This document shows, one piece after another, positions 26,622 through 38,513 of a stretch of 64,000 bases of DNA. The stretch comes from Chiloscyllium plagiosum (Eukaryota). The position numbers and the translations under genes were made by a program. The stretch is from the NCBI RefSeq assembly GCF_004010195.1, contig NC_057719.1, positions 31,042,957 through 31,106,956 of the forward strand, given 5' to 3'. The notes under the pieces were generated by a model, which was not told where the DNA came from, did not search any database, and worked only from the letters and a program-made list of their open reading frames with translations. Numbering within the stretch: position 1 is the first letter of the stretch; each line of letters opens with the position of its first letter.

Positions 26622-26915
26622 GGGCAGCACGGTGGCTCAGTGGTTGGCACTGCTCGGATGACTGTGTGAAGTTTGCACATTCTCCCCGTGTCTGCGCGGG
26701 TTTCCTCTGGGTGCTCAGGTTTCCACCCACAGTCCAAAAATGTGCAGGTTAGGTGAATTTTGGTCATGTTAAATTGCCCATAGTGTTCAGAAATGTGTAG
26801 GTAAGGTGCATTAGTCGGGGTAAATGGAGGGCAGGGGAATGGGTCTGGGTGGGTTACTCTTCGGAGGGTTGGTGTGGACTTGTTGGGCAGAATGACCTGT
26901 TTCCACACTGTAGTG
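26622..26915 (+). mobile_element. HE1-type V-SINE (deletion in head)
   Basis: GGGCAGCACGGTGGCTCAGTGG head, V-core, CCTGTTTCCACACTGTAG tail. Confidence 0.85.
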
Positions 26916-27187
26916 ATTCGAATTCTAAGTAGGGAACAGCTGGCATTTCTAATGACTTCCATATGCCAAGAAGTTTTGTTAAATTTTTTGTTGAATTGTT
27001 AAATATGTTTTCACCCTCTTCCTGGGGAATAATGCCTTCCCATTGCAAATGGTAACCTGTAGTGAAGAAATTCATTCAGTACCTTTGTTTGGTATTTTAG
27101 AACTCTCAATATTAGAACTGAAGCAGCTATCATTGCAAAGGAAATCCTATTGGGTATAATCATATACCAAATCATATTTGTATTTGA

Positions 27188-27648
27188 TTTACAAAGATGT
27201 TGCCAGGGTTGGAGGGTTTGAGCTATAGGGACAGACTGCATAAGCTGGGTCTATTTTCCTGGAGTGTCAGAGGCAGAGAGGTAACCTTATAGAGGTTTAT
27301 AAAATCATGAGGGGCATGAATAGGGTGAATAGCCAAGATCTTTTCCCCGGGGTAGTGGATTCCTGAATGAGTGGGCATAAGTTTAAGGTGAGGGGGAAAG
27401 ATTTAAAAGGGACCTAAGGGACATTTTTTTTATAGGCAGAGAATGGTGCTTGAATGGAATGAGCTGTCAGAGGAAAGGGCGGAGGCTGGTACAATTACAA
27501 CATTTAAAAGGTAAATGAATAAGAAGGGTTTAAAGGGATATGCGCCAAATGCAGGCAAATTGGATGATTACTTTAGGATATCTGGTCAGCTTGGACAAGT
27601 TAGACTGAAGAGTCTGTTTCCAGTCTGTTCAGCACTATGATTCTTTGA
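27188..27648 (+). mobile_element. CR1 LINE 3' fragment
   Basis: Aligns by eye with 5500-5960. Confidence 0.85.
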
Positions 27649-28282
27649 TTTGAAATTTTTAGGAAGTCAGATATTTCTCTGGATGCTCATACCTGCCTAG
27701 ATTTTCTGAATTGTATTTTTGGAAAACATTCTTTGAGCCAACGCATTTTTTTTGTCCCTTAACTTTGTAGCAGATGACATTTACAATGTTTGAAATAGCA
27801 CTTTTTGGCTCACTGCAAAGAAAATCTTTGTATAAATGTAATGATGCTACATTTCCTTAGTATAAGTATTATGGACCAGGCCAGACCCCTCAAACCTTTC
27901 AAGAAGGTAGCCCAGACCCTAACTTTGCTAGTTGTTTCAAGCAGGTGTACAGTGGGTATTCCAGGGGAGAATTAGCTGGTCAAACGGCTTAGTTTTAAAC
28001 AAAACACAATGTATTTACAAGATTGCTGAATGAAACATAAAGTACAGAAAACGGAATACCGAATAACTTAGCCTATCCGAGAACCCAACAGATTATCCCA
28101 ACTTAATGATACTGTTCCAGATACTTGCAACAATCTCCATAAAACACCCCTTGGCACAAAAGGTAAAATCAAACACAAGTTCTTACAGGATAGAAGTCAG
28201 AGAGAGAGAGTACCAGCCTGGATCTGGGTCCAGCAGCATTTTTTCACTCTACTGCTACAAACCAAACCAAACCAGACAAAAC

Positions 28283-28465
28283 GGAGTGTGGTGCTGGAAA
28301 AGCACAGCAGGTCAGACAGCATCTGAGGAGCAGGAGAATCCTAATTCCCGATTAAGGTCTTATGCCCAAAACATCGATTCGCCTGCTGCTTTGCTGCCTG
28401 ACCTGCTGTGCTTTTCCAGCACTACACTCTGGCCTCTGATCTCCAACATCTGCAATCATTTCCCC
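28283..28465. mobile_element. Fold-back PLE family A fragment in one LTR only
   Basis: GAGTGTGGTGCTGGAAAAGCACAGCAGGTCAG...CTGACCTGCTGTGCTTTTCCAGCACTACACTC; absent from the partner LTR. Confidence 0.8.
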
Positions 28466-31400
28466 AAAAGCTGAGCTGGGAGAACAGGCCACCCCCCTTT
28501 AATTATACAAATGTTTTTTTTAAACTTGAAAGCCTTCTGCCTGAGGCAGTATCAGTTAGCTATAAAGAAATTGGCCCTAAAACCCATCCAAACTCAGACT
28601 TTTCGGAACCTGTGGTTTTGTGACCACCTGAAGTAAAAGCTAAGGACAGCATAACCTAGTTAAAGGAACAGCTTCATCATACTTCCCCTTTTAATAAAAG
28701 AACCATCAATATCTAAAGATGGCTTCATTTTAAAACCCCTTTAAAAATTGTTAGTACTCCAAAACACACAAATACATTATATTGACTATAAACATGCAAA
28801 CATGCACAACTACATTCTGATTCAGTCTGTGGTACGCCTGCCACCGAACTTCTCTGTTTCTCATTCGGGTTTCGACAATGCATTAACAATCGCATTTTTT
28901 CGTCCTGTCACATGCACAATTTTTAAATTGAATGGCTGTAACAACAAGCTCCTTGTAAACAGTATGGTGTTTTTGTCCTTAAATTTCTCTACAAACATCA
29001 GTGAGTTATGATCAGTGTATATGATTGCCTCAGATGCGTTCCTGGTAACATAAACACGGAAATGTTGTAATTCCAACACCAAGCTCAAAGTCTCCTTCTC
29101 AACAGTCAAATATTTCTGCTGATGCATGTTCCACCTCCTGGAGAAATACCCGAGAAATCTTTTTATCCTCTCATTGTCTTCTTGCAAGAGCACAGCACCA
29201 AAATCCACATCACTTGCATCGATAGCCACCTTGAATGGTTTTGCGTAATTAGGTGTGGCTAATACCAGGGCAGTAGTTAACACAACTTTTAGGCTGTCAA
29301 ATGCCTTCTGCTGTCCACTGAAACTTATTGCTTTTCTTTAGCAATTCAGTGAGTGGAGCACCACACTCTTAAAATTAGGTACAAATTTTTGATAAAATTC
29401 ACTCAATCCCAGGAACCGTGGTATTGCTCTTTTTGTCGATGGTAAGGGAAATTCCCCAATTTGTTTTTGCATCCCATAGGCCCATTTGTCCATGTCCAAT
29501 AACATAGCCCTGGAAGGTGACTTGCGCTTTGGCAAATTCATTTTGGCTAGGTTTATCACCAAGCCTACCTTCCGAAGTCGACCAAATGTTGTACATGTTC
29601 CTTCAGGTCATCACCAGGTCATCTATCTAAATGACACAGTTGGGTAATCCGGCAATGACCTTAGTCTCTGAAATGTGGCTGGCGTACTTTTCATGCCAAA
29701 TGGCATGACTTTGATACAGTCCATTCAGGATGACGAAAGTTGAAATTGCCTTTGCTCTTTCTGACAAAGGTACCTGCCAATATTCTCTCAGTAAATCCAA
29801 CTTATAAATATAAGTTGCTTGTCCTACCTTCTCCAAATGCAGAATCAGATATGCATCAGTCTTTGCAATTGCATTGACTTTGTGATAGTCCACGCATAAC
29901 CATTGGGTACAATCTGGTTTGGCACCATTACTATCGGTGAGCTCTAATCTCTGTAACTCACTTCGATTATGTTGTCTTGGAGCATGCATTCAATCTCCTT
30001 TTGAACCTGTGCCAACCTTAGAGGGTTACGCCTATGAGGATGTTGCTTAATCAGAACAGCATCTCCTATATCTTCATGATGCATAATTAGGTTAGTACTT
30101 CGCAGCTTATTTCCACTTATCTCCCCATGTGATAGTAATTCAGGTCATTTTAATTTTCCTCTGGAAGGTAACTCAATAACTTATCCCGATTATTGACAAC
30201 TTCCTCCATTGTCCAATTTAATTTGAGGAATGTCCAATTCAGAATCCTCTGAACTTGGTTCTTCCTTCTGTGTTGTAATCAATAACACCTTCTCCTATTG
30301 CTTTCCTTCCCTGTCAAAATAACTTTTGAGCATAATCACATGACATACTGTGTGAGATTTCTTTTTGTCTATCAAGTAGTTCACTTCACTCAGCTTCCTT
30401 TTAAAGGCTCACTGTTACTGGAAGTAACACCAATACCATATCCCCAATAGCAAAATTGCAAATTTTTTATTTCTTGTCTGCTTCCTGTTTCATTGTACGC
30501 TGTGATATTTTAAAATACTGTCTTGCCAATTCCCTAACTCTGTTTAATCATTCCCTAAAATTTGACACATACTCCGAATATGTGGTCTCTGTATTCTGAC
30601 TTACCAATTTCTCCTTAATCAATTTTAACAGTCCCCTCACTTCATGCACAAAAACTAATTCAAATGGACTGAATTTTGTCGATTCATTTGGTGCATCTTT
30701 GATCGCAAACAGCATAAACAGAATTCCCTTATCCCAATCATCTGGTTAGTCTTGATTACAAGCCGTCAACATGGTCTTTAATGCCTGATGCCACCTTTCC
30801 AGTGCTCCCTGTGATTCAGGATGGTATGCAGTAGATCCTAAGCTGTCCATAACCTCCTTGAATAATTTTGATGTGAAGTTTGACCCATGATCTGATTCTG
30901 CCTCTATCGGTAGTTCGTATCTAGTGAACATTTGATTAATTCCTCTACAATCCTTTTAGCTGTGATATTGTGTAATGGATAGCCTGTGGAAGTCTAGTCG
31001 ACCCATGCATTATTGTTAACAAATACTGCTTCCCACTTTTTATTTAAGGTAGGGGACCCATGCAATAAATTAAGACTCTTGTAAAAGGTTCCTCAAATGC
31101 AGGAATAGGTATTGAAGATGTGGGTTTTATTACCGCCTGTGGTTTTCCAATTACCTGACGTATAACACATCTGGCAAAATCCAACTGCATCCTTGCGCAG
31201 TCCAGGCCAGTAAAATGTTTTGTATTTTAGCTTGTGTTTTTCTCACTCCTAAATGACCCCCAAGTGGTAGCTCATGCGCCACTTGCAACACCTCCTTCTA
31301 TACCCCACTGGCAATATGATTTGATTAACTTTTGCCGATTTCTCATCTGCCTGAATATGTGTTGGTCTCCATTTCCTCATCAAAACGTTATTTTTAAGGT

Positions 31401-31906
31401 AATAACATTCAGGGATACATTAGGATTCCTTTTCTGTGTATGCCTTTTGATACAATTGCTTTAAGTTTTCATCTTTCTTCTGTAACTCAGTTAATTTATC
31501 TGAGCTAAAGATGTCTGCATTGTCATCTATCTGTTCCTGTTTTTGTCTCAAAAATCTGGTCAAAGAGGGTGTCTGCTAATTCCACTTCAGCTGCCTTATC
31601 TGTTTTCTTTGATCTCTCCTGTTTCAACTGGCGATTTTGTGACCTCATTACCACAGTCAGGAAGAATTCCAGGATATGTGTCCTGCAATAGTTCAATTGC
31701 CTGAGTTTCCACTGGCTTTTCAACCACAGTAGGCAGCACTCCCACCAGTGAATCAGCTATATCATTAGCAAAGACAAATTGTATTCCGAGAGCTGAGAGT
31801 TTTTCCAGTACTCCTACCATGAATTCTCCACTCTTCATTGGACACTCTAGCCTCACTTTACATAATTGAGCGCTTTTTAGCTCACCATGAAATACTGTTA
31901 CGAGTA

Positions 31907-32255
31907 CAGGTACACAATCCTTTATCCAAAATGCTCAGGACCAGCTGGTATTCTGAAATTGGAATTTTTCGAATTTCGGAATAAGTGACAGTTCAACAGT
32001 GAAATTTTGTAAATATCATACTGGACAGCAGACTCACTGTGAGTAATAGGTCCTGAGACAGAATCGAGGCCTGCCAGTGCAAGGCCACGTTTCCCCTACG
32101 TTGCATCTGAGTGACATGCATCGAGTGAGTGTGGAGTTGGGTTAACAGTTTGCACACCAAACAACCTTGTTAATGAGATTAAAACTTCACAAAAAAGCCC
32201 TTCGGATTTTTCAGTTTTTCAGATTTCAGGATTTTGGATAAAGGGTTGTCTACTG
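31907..32255. mobile_element. pogo/Tigger-like MITE inside the Gypsy pol
   Basis: TA TSD on both sides; TIRs CAGGTACACAATCCTTTATCCAAAAT and (revcomp) CAGTAGACAACCCTTTATCCAAAAT. Confidence 0.85.
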
Positions 32256-33734
32256 TACCTTTTCTGGCAATCGTCCTTCAGAAGTACGTATCCCCACATC
32301 TTTCAGCACCATAGACTAAGAGAATCCTGTGTCTCTTAATATTGTAACCTCTTTACCTACTGCTCCTGGCCTGTGTGAATAAACTTTACCTTTGCAGTTA
32401 CTGTATATGTTTAACAACATCTGGTACTTGCTCCTTAACTAATGTCTGACAAGCTTGTACGTTCTAGTACAGCTTTCTAGCCTCCACTGTGCTTTCTGTT
32501 ACCACTCCAACAAAATTCACTGGCTTATTGTGTTTTCCTACATCTGGGTTCCCAGTGCTCCTCCTAACCTGCCAACACTATGATTTCATGTGGCGTACTT
32601 TATTGCAGTGAACACCAGAGCTTTTTAACTTGCCTGTCCCCTTCAAGGGTTTCCTTTTTACCCTGTGGTAAGTTACCCATATGATCTTCACCAAGATCTA
32701 CCTTTCCCTTTCCACATGAGGATTTCTCTTTTCCCCAATTTCTAATCTTTGTAGATTGAAATTGATTCTGGAAGCCAGACTTTGTTTTATGGACCAACTC
32801 ATAATCATTAGCCATTTCAGCTACTGGTCATGCAATTTTAACTCTGCTCTTCTACATAAGTTCCCCCTACTTCAGAAAGTAAATTTTTGAACTCCTGTCT
32901 AAGTGCCAGTTTCTGAAGTTCATACTCTCTCTTTCTTCCTTTCCTCTTGCTTCATTCTCTCTCTCGTTCTCTCTCTTTTCTCTTTCTTTTTCCTCTGCTT
33001 TTAATCATCCTTCCTTGTCTTTTGCCTCTAAATCAAGCTGCTTCATTTTTAATTGAATTTTAGCCATCTCTAAAGATTGTGATGGTGTTTCCAGCAAATT
33101 TGAATGCTGAGCTACTGCTGCAATTATTTCTCCTTTCCTCACAGAAGGAGGCAGTTTCAACTCCAGCTTGTCTGCTAATTCTAGCAGCTTGGTCTTAATC
33201 AACTCTTGTAAAACCCCCAAGGTCACATCTTCCAACCCCAGAAAATTCTTGGTCAGTGAAAGAGCCATTGCTCTCCCAAGCACTGTTTAAACCAACCAAA
33301 ATCAACACCTGGAACAAAAGATACTAGCGCCTACCACTTGCTGCCCTCGAGTCGAACAACTCCAAACCCAGTTCGGAACTACAGAACAAATCCCGCAAAA
33401 AGACCCCAGTCTGTTGTGGACCAGGCCAGACCCCTGAAAACCTTTCAAGAAGGTAGCCCAGACCCTAACTTTGCTAGTTGTTTTAAGCAGGTGCAAAGTG
33501 GGTATTCTAGGGCAGAATCAGCTGGTCAAACCACTTTGTTTTAAACAAAACAGAATTTATTTACAAGATTTCTGAATGAAACACAAAGAACAGAAAACAA
33601 TACCGAATAACTTAGCCTATCCGAGAACCCAACAGATTATCCCAACTTATTGATACTGTTCCAGATACTTGCAACAATCCCCATAAATACACCTTGGCAC
33701 AAAATGTAAAATTGAACACAAGTTCAAAAAGGAT

Positions 33735-33765
<31 letters not shown>

Positions 33766-34472
33766 TGTACCAGCCTGGATCTGGGTCCAGCAACATTTTT
33801 TCACACTACTGCTAAAAACCAAACCCAACCAGTGAAAAGCTGAGCTGGGAGAATTGGCCACTCTCCTTTCAATATACAAGTTTCTTTAAAACTTGAAAGC
33901 TTTCTGCCTGGAACAGCATCTGTTGTCTATAAACAAATTGGCCCCAAAACCCATCTAAACTCAAACTTTTCGGAACCTCTGTTTTTACTACCTCCTGAAG
34001 AAAAAGCCAAGGACAGCATAACCTTGTTAAAGGAACAGCTTTGTCTCATCAGCAATAGATGTTTAAAATCTAGTGATTAGAAGTGTCGACTTCTTAAAAG
34101 AATCTCTAGAAAGAGAAATGCAGTGATTTGAAAAAACAAGCAAAATGTATTATGTAATAGTATATTGGTAACTTCAATTAATTACAATAACATAATTTGT
34201 ATTTTGTGGTCAGTGACAAAAAGAATGCACTCACCATAAATGTTCCTCTAATTTTTGAGATGTCTGAATAGATTTCTGAGAGGTCTGAGCAGTATATTTG
34301 AACCAAAAACATCTATTTAGCAGAAGTCATATGGCAGTTTTCTCATGGTCTATTTATCAACTATTAATGTTATAAATACCTGCTAAATAAACATAATTGT
34401 TTACTTGGCTCAGAAGTCTGGGACCAGTTTAGCACTAGTACTTCATACAATATGCAACCAAAAGATGATGTG

Positions 34473-34785
34473 ATTAGATTAGATTAGATTACTTACAGTG
34501 TGGAAACAGGCCCTTCGGCCCAACAAGTCCACCCTGACCCGCCGAAGCGCAACCCACCCATACCCCTACATTTACCCCTTTACCTAACACTACGGGCAAT
34601 TTAGCATGGCCAATTCACCTGACCTGCACATCTTTGGATTGTGGGAGGAAACCGGAGCACCCGGAGGAAACCCACGCAGACACGGGGAGAATGTGCAAAC
34701 TCCACACAGTCAGTCGCCTGAATTGAACCCAGGTCTCTGGCGCTGTGAGGCAGCAGTGCTAACCACTGTGCCACCGTGCCGCCCA
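34473..34785 (-). mobile_element. HE1-type V-SINE
   Basis: Full consensus, (GATTA)n tail, flanking ATGTGA repeat. Confidence 0.9.
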
Positions 34786-34859
34786 CAATGTGAGGAATTT
34801 CTTAACTCCTTTGTTATCAGCTTTGTCTTTATTTGCTGCCCAATGATTGTGTACCACAT

Positions 34860-36830
34860 CCAGGCTGATATTTTGTCTAGGTGAAATGTATGACTGAATT
34901 TGCATCAGGTTTTCCAAATGATCTATTTCTAATCTATTTAGATTTAATCAGGTTTATTAGGCTATCACCACAATCACGGTAAGCACTTGATGCCCGAAAT
35001 GTTGCACAAATGTCCCGAAGCATGCACATTTCTTGAAACTGTTTGTCTTTTCGGACATCAACTTGCTGAATGTCTGAGTGGAACTCATCTTGACGTTTTC
35101 CACAACTACAAATTTGAGATTGGAATATTGTACACTTGGTTTTGTGGTTACTCTTCACAGTTTGTTATGATGGAAATATTTCAATATCAGTTGCACCATA
35201 TTGTCTTTCAAAATTCACAATCAGCTTTCTTGGTGGTTGCAGCCTGATCAAATGCATTTCACTCCAATAGCTTCCCTTCTGGAAATCTGCTTTTCGTATT
35301 GTTACAAAGCAGTTAAATAAATTGAAGGCTTACTGCAGTTTCAACTTTTTTGTCTAGAGCAAGCAGAATTATCTTAACATCATCATCCAATAACGACATT
35401 GAAATAGATACTGGGTCTTCAGTCTATCAGAAACATAGAAAATAGGAGCAGGCCATTTGGCCATTCAAACCTGCTCCACCATTCAACATGATCATGGATG
35501 ATCATTCAACTGTGTACCCTGCTCCTGCTTTCTCCTATACCCTTTGATCTCTTTAGCCCTAAGAGCAATCTCCTTCATAACAACATTCAATGTTTTGGCC
35601 AAAATAGCTTTCTATGGCAGAGAATTCCAAAGCTGATACTCTCGGAGAAGAAACTTCTCCCCATCTCAGTGCTAAATGGCCTATCCCATACCCTTGGACT
35701 GTGACTGCTCAATTATTGTCAAACAGCTTCTCTGAAAGAATTTGCACAAAATCATATAAATTCTAGTATGAAGCAGGCCAGTTGACCTGCCAAGTCCACA
35801 CTGACCCTCAGAAGTGCGTCGCCCACATTTGTCCCCCTCTACCCTATCTCTGTAACCCTGCATTCCTCAGGCACAACCATGGACACTATGGGCAATTTAG
35901 CATGGCCAATCCACCTAACCTTTGGACTGTGGGAGGAAACCAGAGCACCCAAAGGAAACCCACACACACAAGGGGAGAATATGCAAACTCCGCACTGACA
36001 ATTGCTTGAGGTTGGAATCAAACCCAGGTCTGTGGTGCTGTGAGACACTGAGCCATTGTGCCGCCCAGTGATGCCCATTTACCTACAACGTCATTCATAA
36101 TGCCAATGCAATGTACTGTTGTGGATTTGGAAGCATTTTCAGGCAATACTGGTTTATCTGATTGTTGAACTTATTCACTTGCTCTGGATAGGAGTTGATC
36201 TAAACATTGTAGTTTTGCACTTGTGTCTTGACAGCCACGTCACTCCATTCAGCGGTCAAAATGCTACTGCATCACACTCTGTGACTGGCAAACTCTTCGA
36301 ATTGTCCTCTTTTCATAGATAACTGCTGAACATTGAAATGCTTCTGAAAACATTGTGTAAAATATACATATTTGAGACCTGCTTCCATGTATCATCAATT
36401 ACAAGATATTCTCTATGAGCAATGTTGTTCTGACAAATGTTTGATTTTCTATCATAACACTGCTGTACTCTATTTTTCTTTCCAAGCTTAACAGAATGTC
36501 CACCATCTATAAATCACAGTCAGTGTTAATATAAAATTGCCTGATTGCTGTTACAGTGGAGATGCTGTTGCAAGCTTTGATTTCAAGGTTCCTGTAGATA
36601 ATCTTGGAAGCAATTTCAGATTTTGTTTGAAACTTGATAGATAAGGTCAAGTTTTTTTTGCTATGAAGCATCTGTACTTGCATCTACTATCAATGTATGA
36701 AAACACAATTCATCCAGGAACTGGTTCAGTATGACAAAGTTAATCACTCTACAAATTTAACACATAATTCTTGCTGCATCAGTTGTAAGTAATTGCTGTA
36801 TACTTCACCACAAGACATCATGAATATCTT
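34860..36830 (-). pseudogene. Ancient hAT (Tip100/ZNF862-like) transposase fossil, interrupted by CR1 and SINE
   Basis: Minus-strand remnants in hAT order: HTLIVDASTD, EQ..IAHREYL, PLNGVTWLSRH, and dimerisation domain ICATFRASSA....SLINLIKSK...HLENLMQI; many stops and frameshifts. Confidence 0.7.
35750..36066 (-). mobile_element. Older HE1-type V-SINE
   Basis: GGGCAATTTAGCATGGCCAAT..GGACTGTGGGAGGAAACC core. Confidence 0.75.
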
Positions 36831-36975
36831 GCATAGAAAGCATGGACTCACTCACGGGACATGGGCATCACTGATTGGGCCAGCATTTATTGCCCATCCT
36901 CATAGTTGCCCTTGAGAAGATGGTGGTGAGCTGCCTTCTGAACCAATGCAGTCCATGTGCTGTAGGTAGACTCAA

Positions 36976-37087
36976 GGAGAAAGTGAGGTCTGCAGATGCT
37001 GGAGATCAAAGTTGAAACTTTATTGCTGGAACAGCACAGCAGGTCAGGCAGCATCCAGGGAACAGGAGATTCGACGTTTCGGGCACA
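36976..37087 (-). mobile_element. PLE family A end truncated within hammerhead helix II
   Basis: GGAGAAAGTGAGGTCTGCAGATGCTGG...TCGACGTTTCGGGCAC. Confidence 0.75.
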
Positions 37088-38389
37088 TTTTGGATCAGAT
37101 TCTGCTGCTTTAGGAGCAAATAGTACTGTCAGTTTCATGATAAGTGAAAATTTCACTGATTCATACCTTACTGTGTTAAAAATGACATTTTGGTTATGGT
37201 AGTTTTGGAAAGCCAATCCTTTTTGAAAAACAGACCGGATTTACTATCAAGTTTGAAGACTCATTTGTGTTCTTTTCTTAATAAGTTTGAATTAAGGTTT
37301 AAAATATCAAAGAAAAATGTAATTTTCTTTTTACATTATGTCCTTCTGGAGTGGCTGCCTGCTTCCAAGACCTCATGTTGCCTGATGCTCCAGGTCACTG
37401 CAGACTGTAAACTGTAAACTCCCTTCACCTGGAACTTTTGTATTATGGCCTGGTCTTTTTACCCCTCCCCAAGCCAGCCTCCTATTGCTTCCCTTCTGGA
37501 CTTGTATTTGATCAGAATCTGGAGTTGTAATGGTGTGGAAGAAACTATATGAGTACTAAATAACAATTCATGGTTCAGAAGTGTTGGCCTGAACAGTGAG
37601 ATTGTGGAGAATTATGGGGTTTGTCTGTTTTAGATTCAACTTTCAATCTTTCGACATCTGTAGGCTATCTATAGCATCCAGTAGCCCATTAAGCAGGCTG
37701 AGCAGTCAATTAGATTGAAGAATTCTCAGAGAATAAACCAGGAAGTGGAAAATCATGGATTATTATTCACTTTGAAATAACCTGACACAAATCATGGTTA
37801 GGGTTGGATAGGCAGTTTAGATTGGGGTTGAAACTGAAATATCATCAATATGTTAAAAAATATATAATATTGTGGAATGAGAGAATGACATTTCACACAT
37901 ATAAGGTGAAAGGGCCAAAGATAATGTTTCATAATTGGCTTAGTGTGCCATTAATGGCTCAGTTACATCTAATTTTAAAAGCTTTTACAATGCCCCTTGT
38001 CCATAAGAGGTTGAGGTTCACATTCCATCATTGATTCTATGTTGTTTCTATTTGTTAAACTTCCGATATTGCGCCCTGTGAAGCAGCAGGATATCACAGA
38101 CAGCAAATTGCAAATTTTTGATGTATCACAATAATGGCAAATGCTGATGTTTTTCCTGACCACTATTACAGTCACAAATTGCATGCCAAAGCATTGTCAC
38201 CCAGTGAACTGAGCAATTGTTCCTTAAAATACAAGTCCACTGGAGGACTTGAATATACATTGTGTCGATCTTTGTTGGTCTATAAAAATTATGTTTTTTT
38301 GAGACTGATTGAATAATTGATCTGAAAAAATACCTTATTTTGGATTATATTTTTAAGAAACTTAATGTTGGATTTTCTTTCCCTTGAAG

Positions 38390-38513
38390 GTTCAACCATA
38401 CAATAATGTGCAAATGTCTCCAAAACAAAGGACCGAAAATATATTTTTTACTAGAAAACCTAATGTCAGCAATTCAAATCTTGAGAATAACTTGGCTAGT
38501 CTGACAAACTCTG
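38390..38513 (+). CDS. Probable internal coding exon of an unidentified host gene (124 bp, phase 0 to 1)
   Basis: Acceptor TTTTCTTTCCCTTGAAG|G, donor G|GTAAGT, open frame VQPYNNVQMSPKQRTENIFFTRKPNVSNSNLENNLASLTNS, in unique AT-rich flanks. Confidence 0.6.

Larger units (their letters stand above)
27867..34048 (-). mobile_element. Decayed Gmr1-type Ty3/Gypsy LTR retrotransposon (gag-PR-IN-RT-RH)
   Basis: LTRs at 27867-28681 and 33412-34048; PPT next to 28682; degenerate tRNA-Pro-like PBS; protease LRDTG near 32330, integrase SDHGSNF..YHPESQGALER 30746-30931, RT LCVDYHKVN 29627-29989, RNase H IDASD..GAVLLQ 28861-29283; TSD TAAG/TCAG. Confidence 0.9.
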
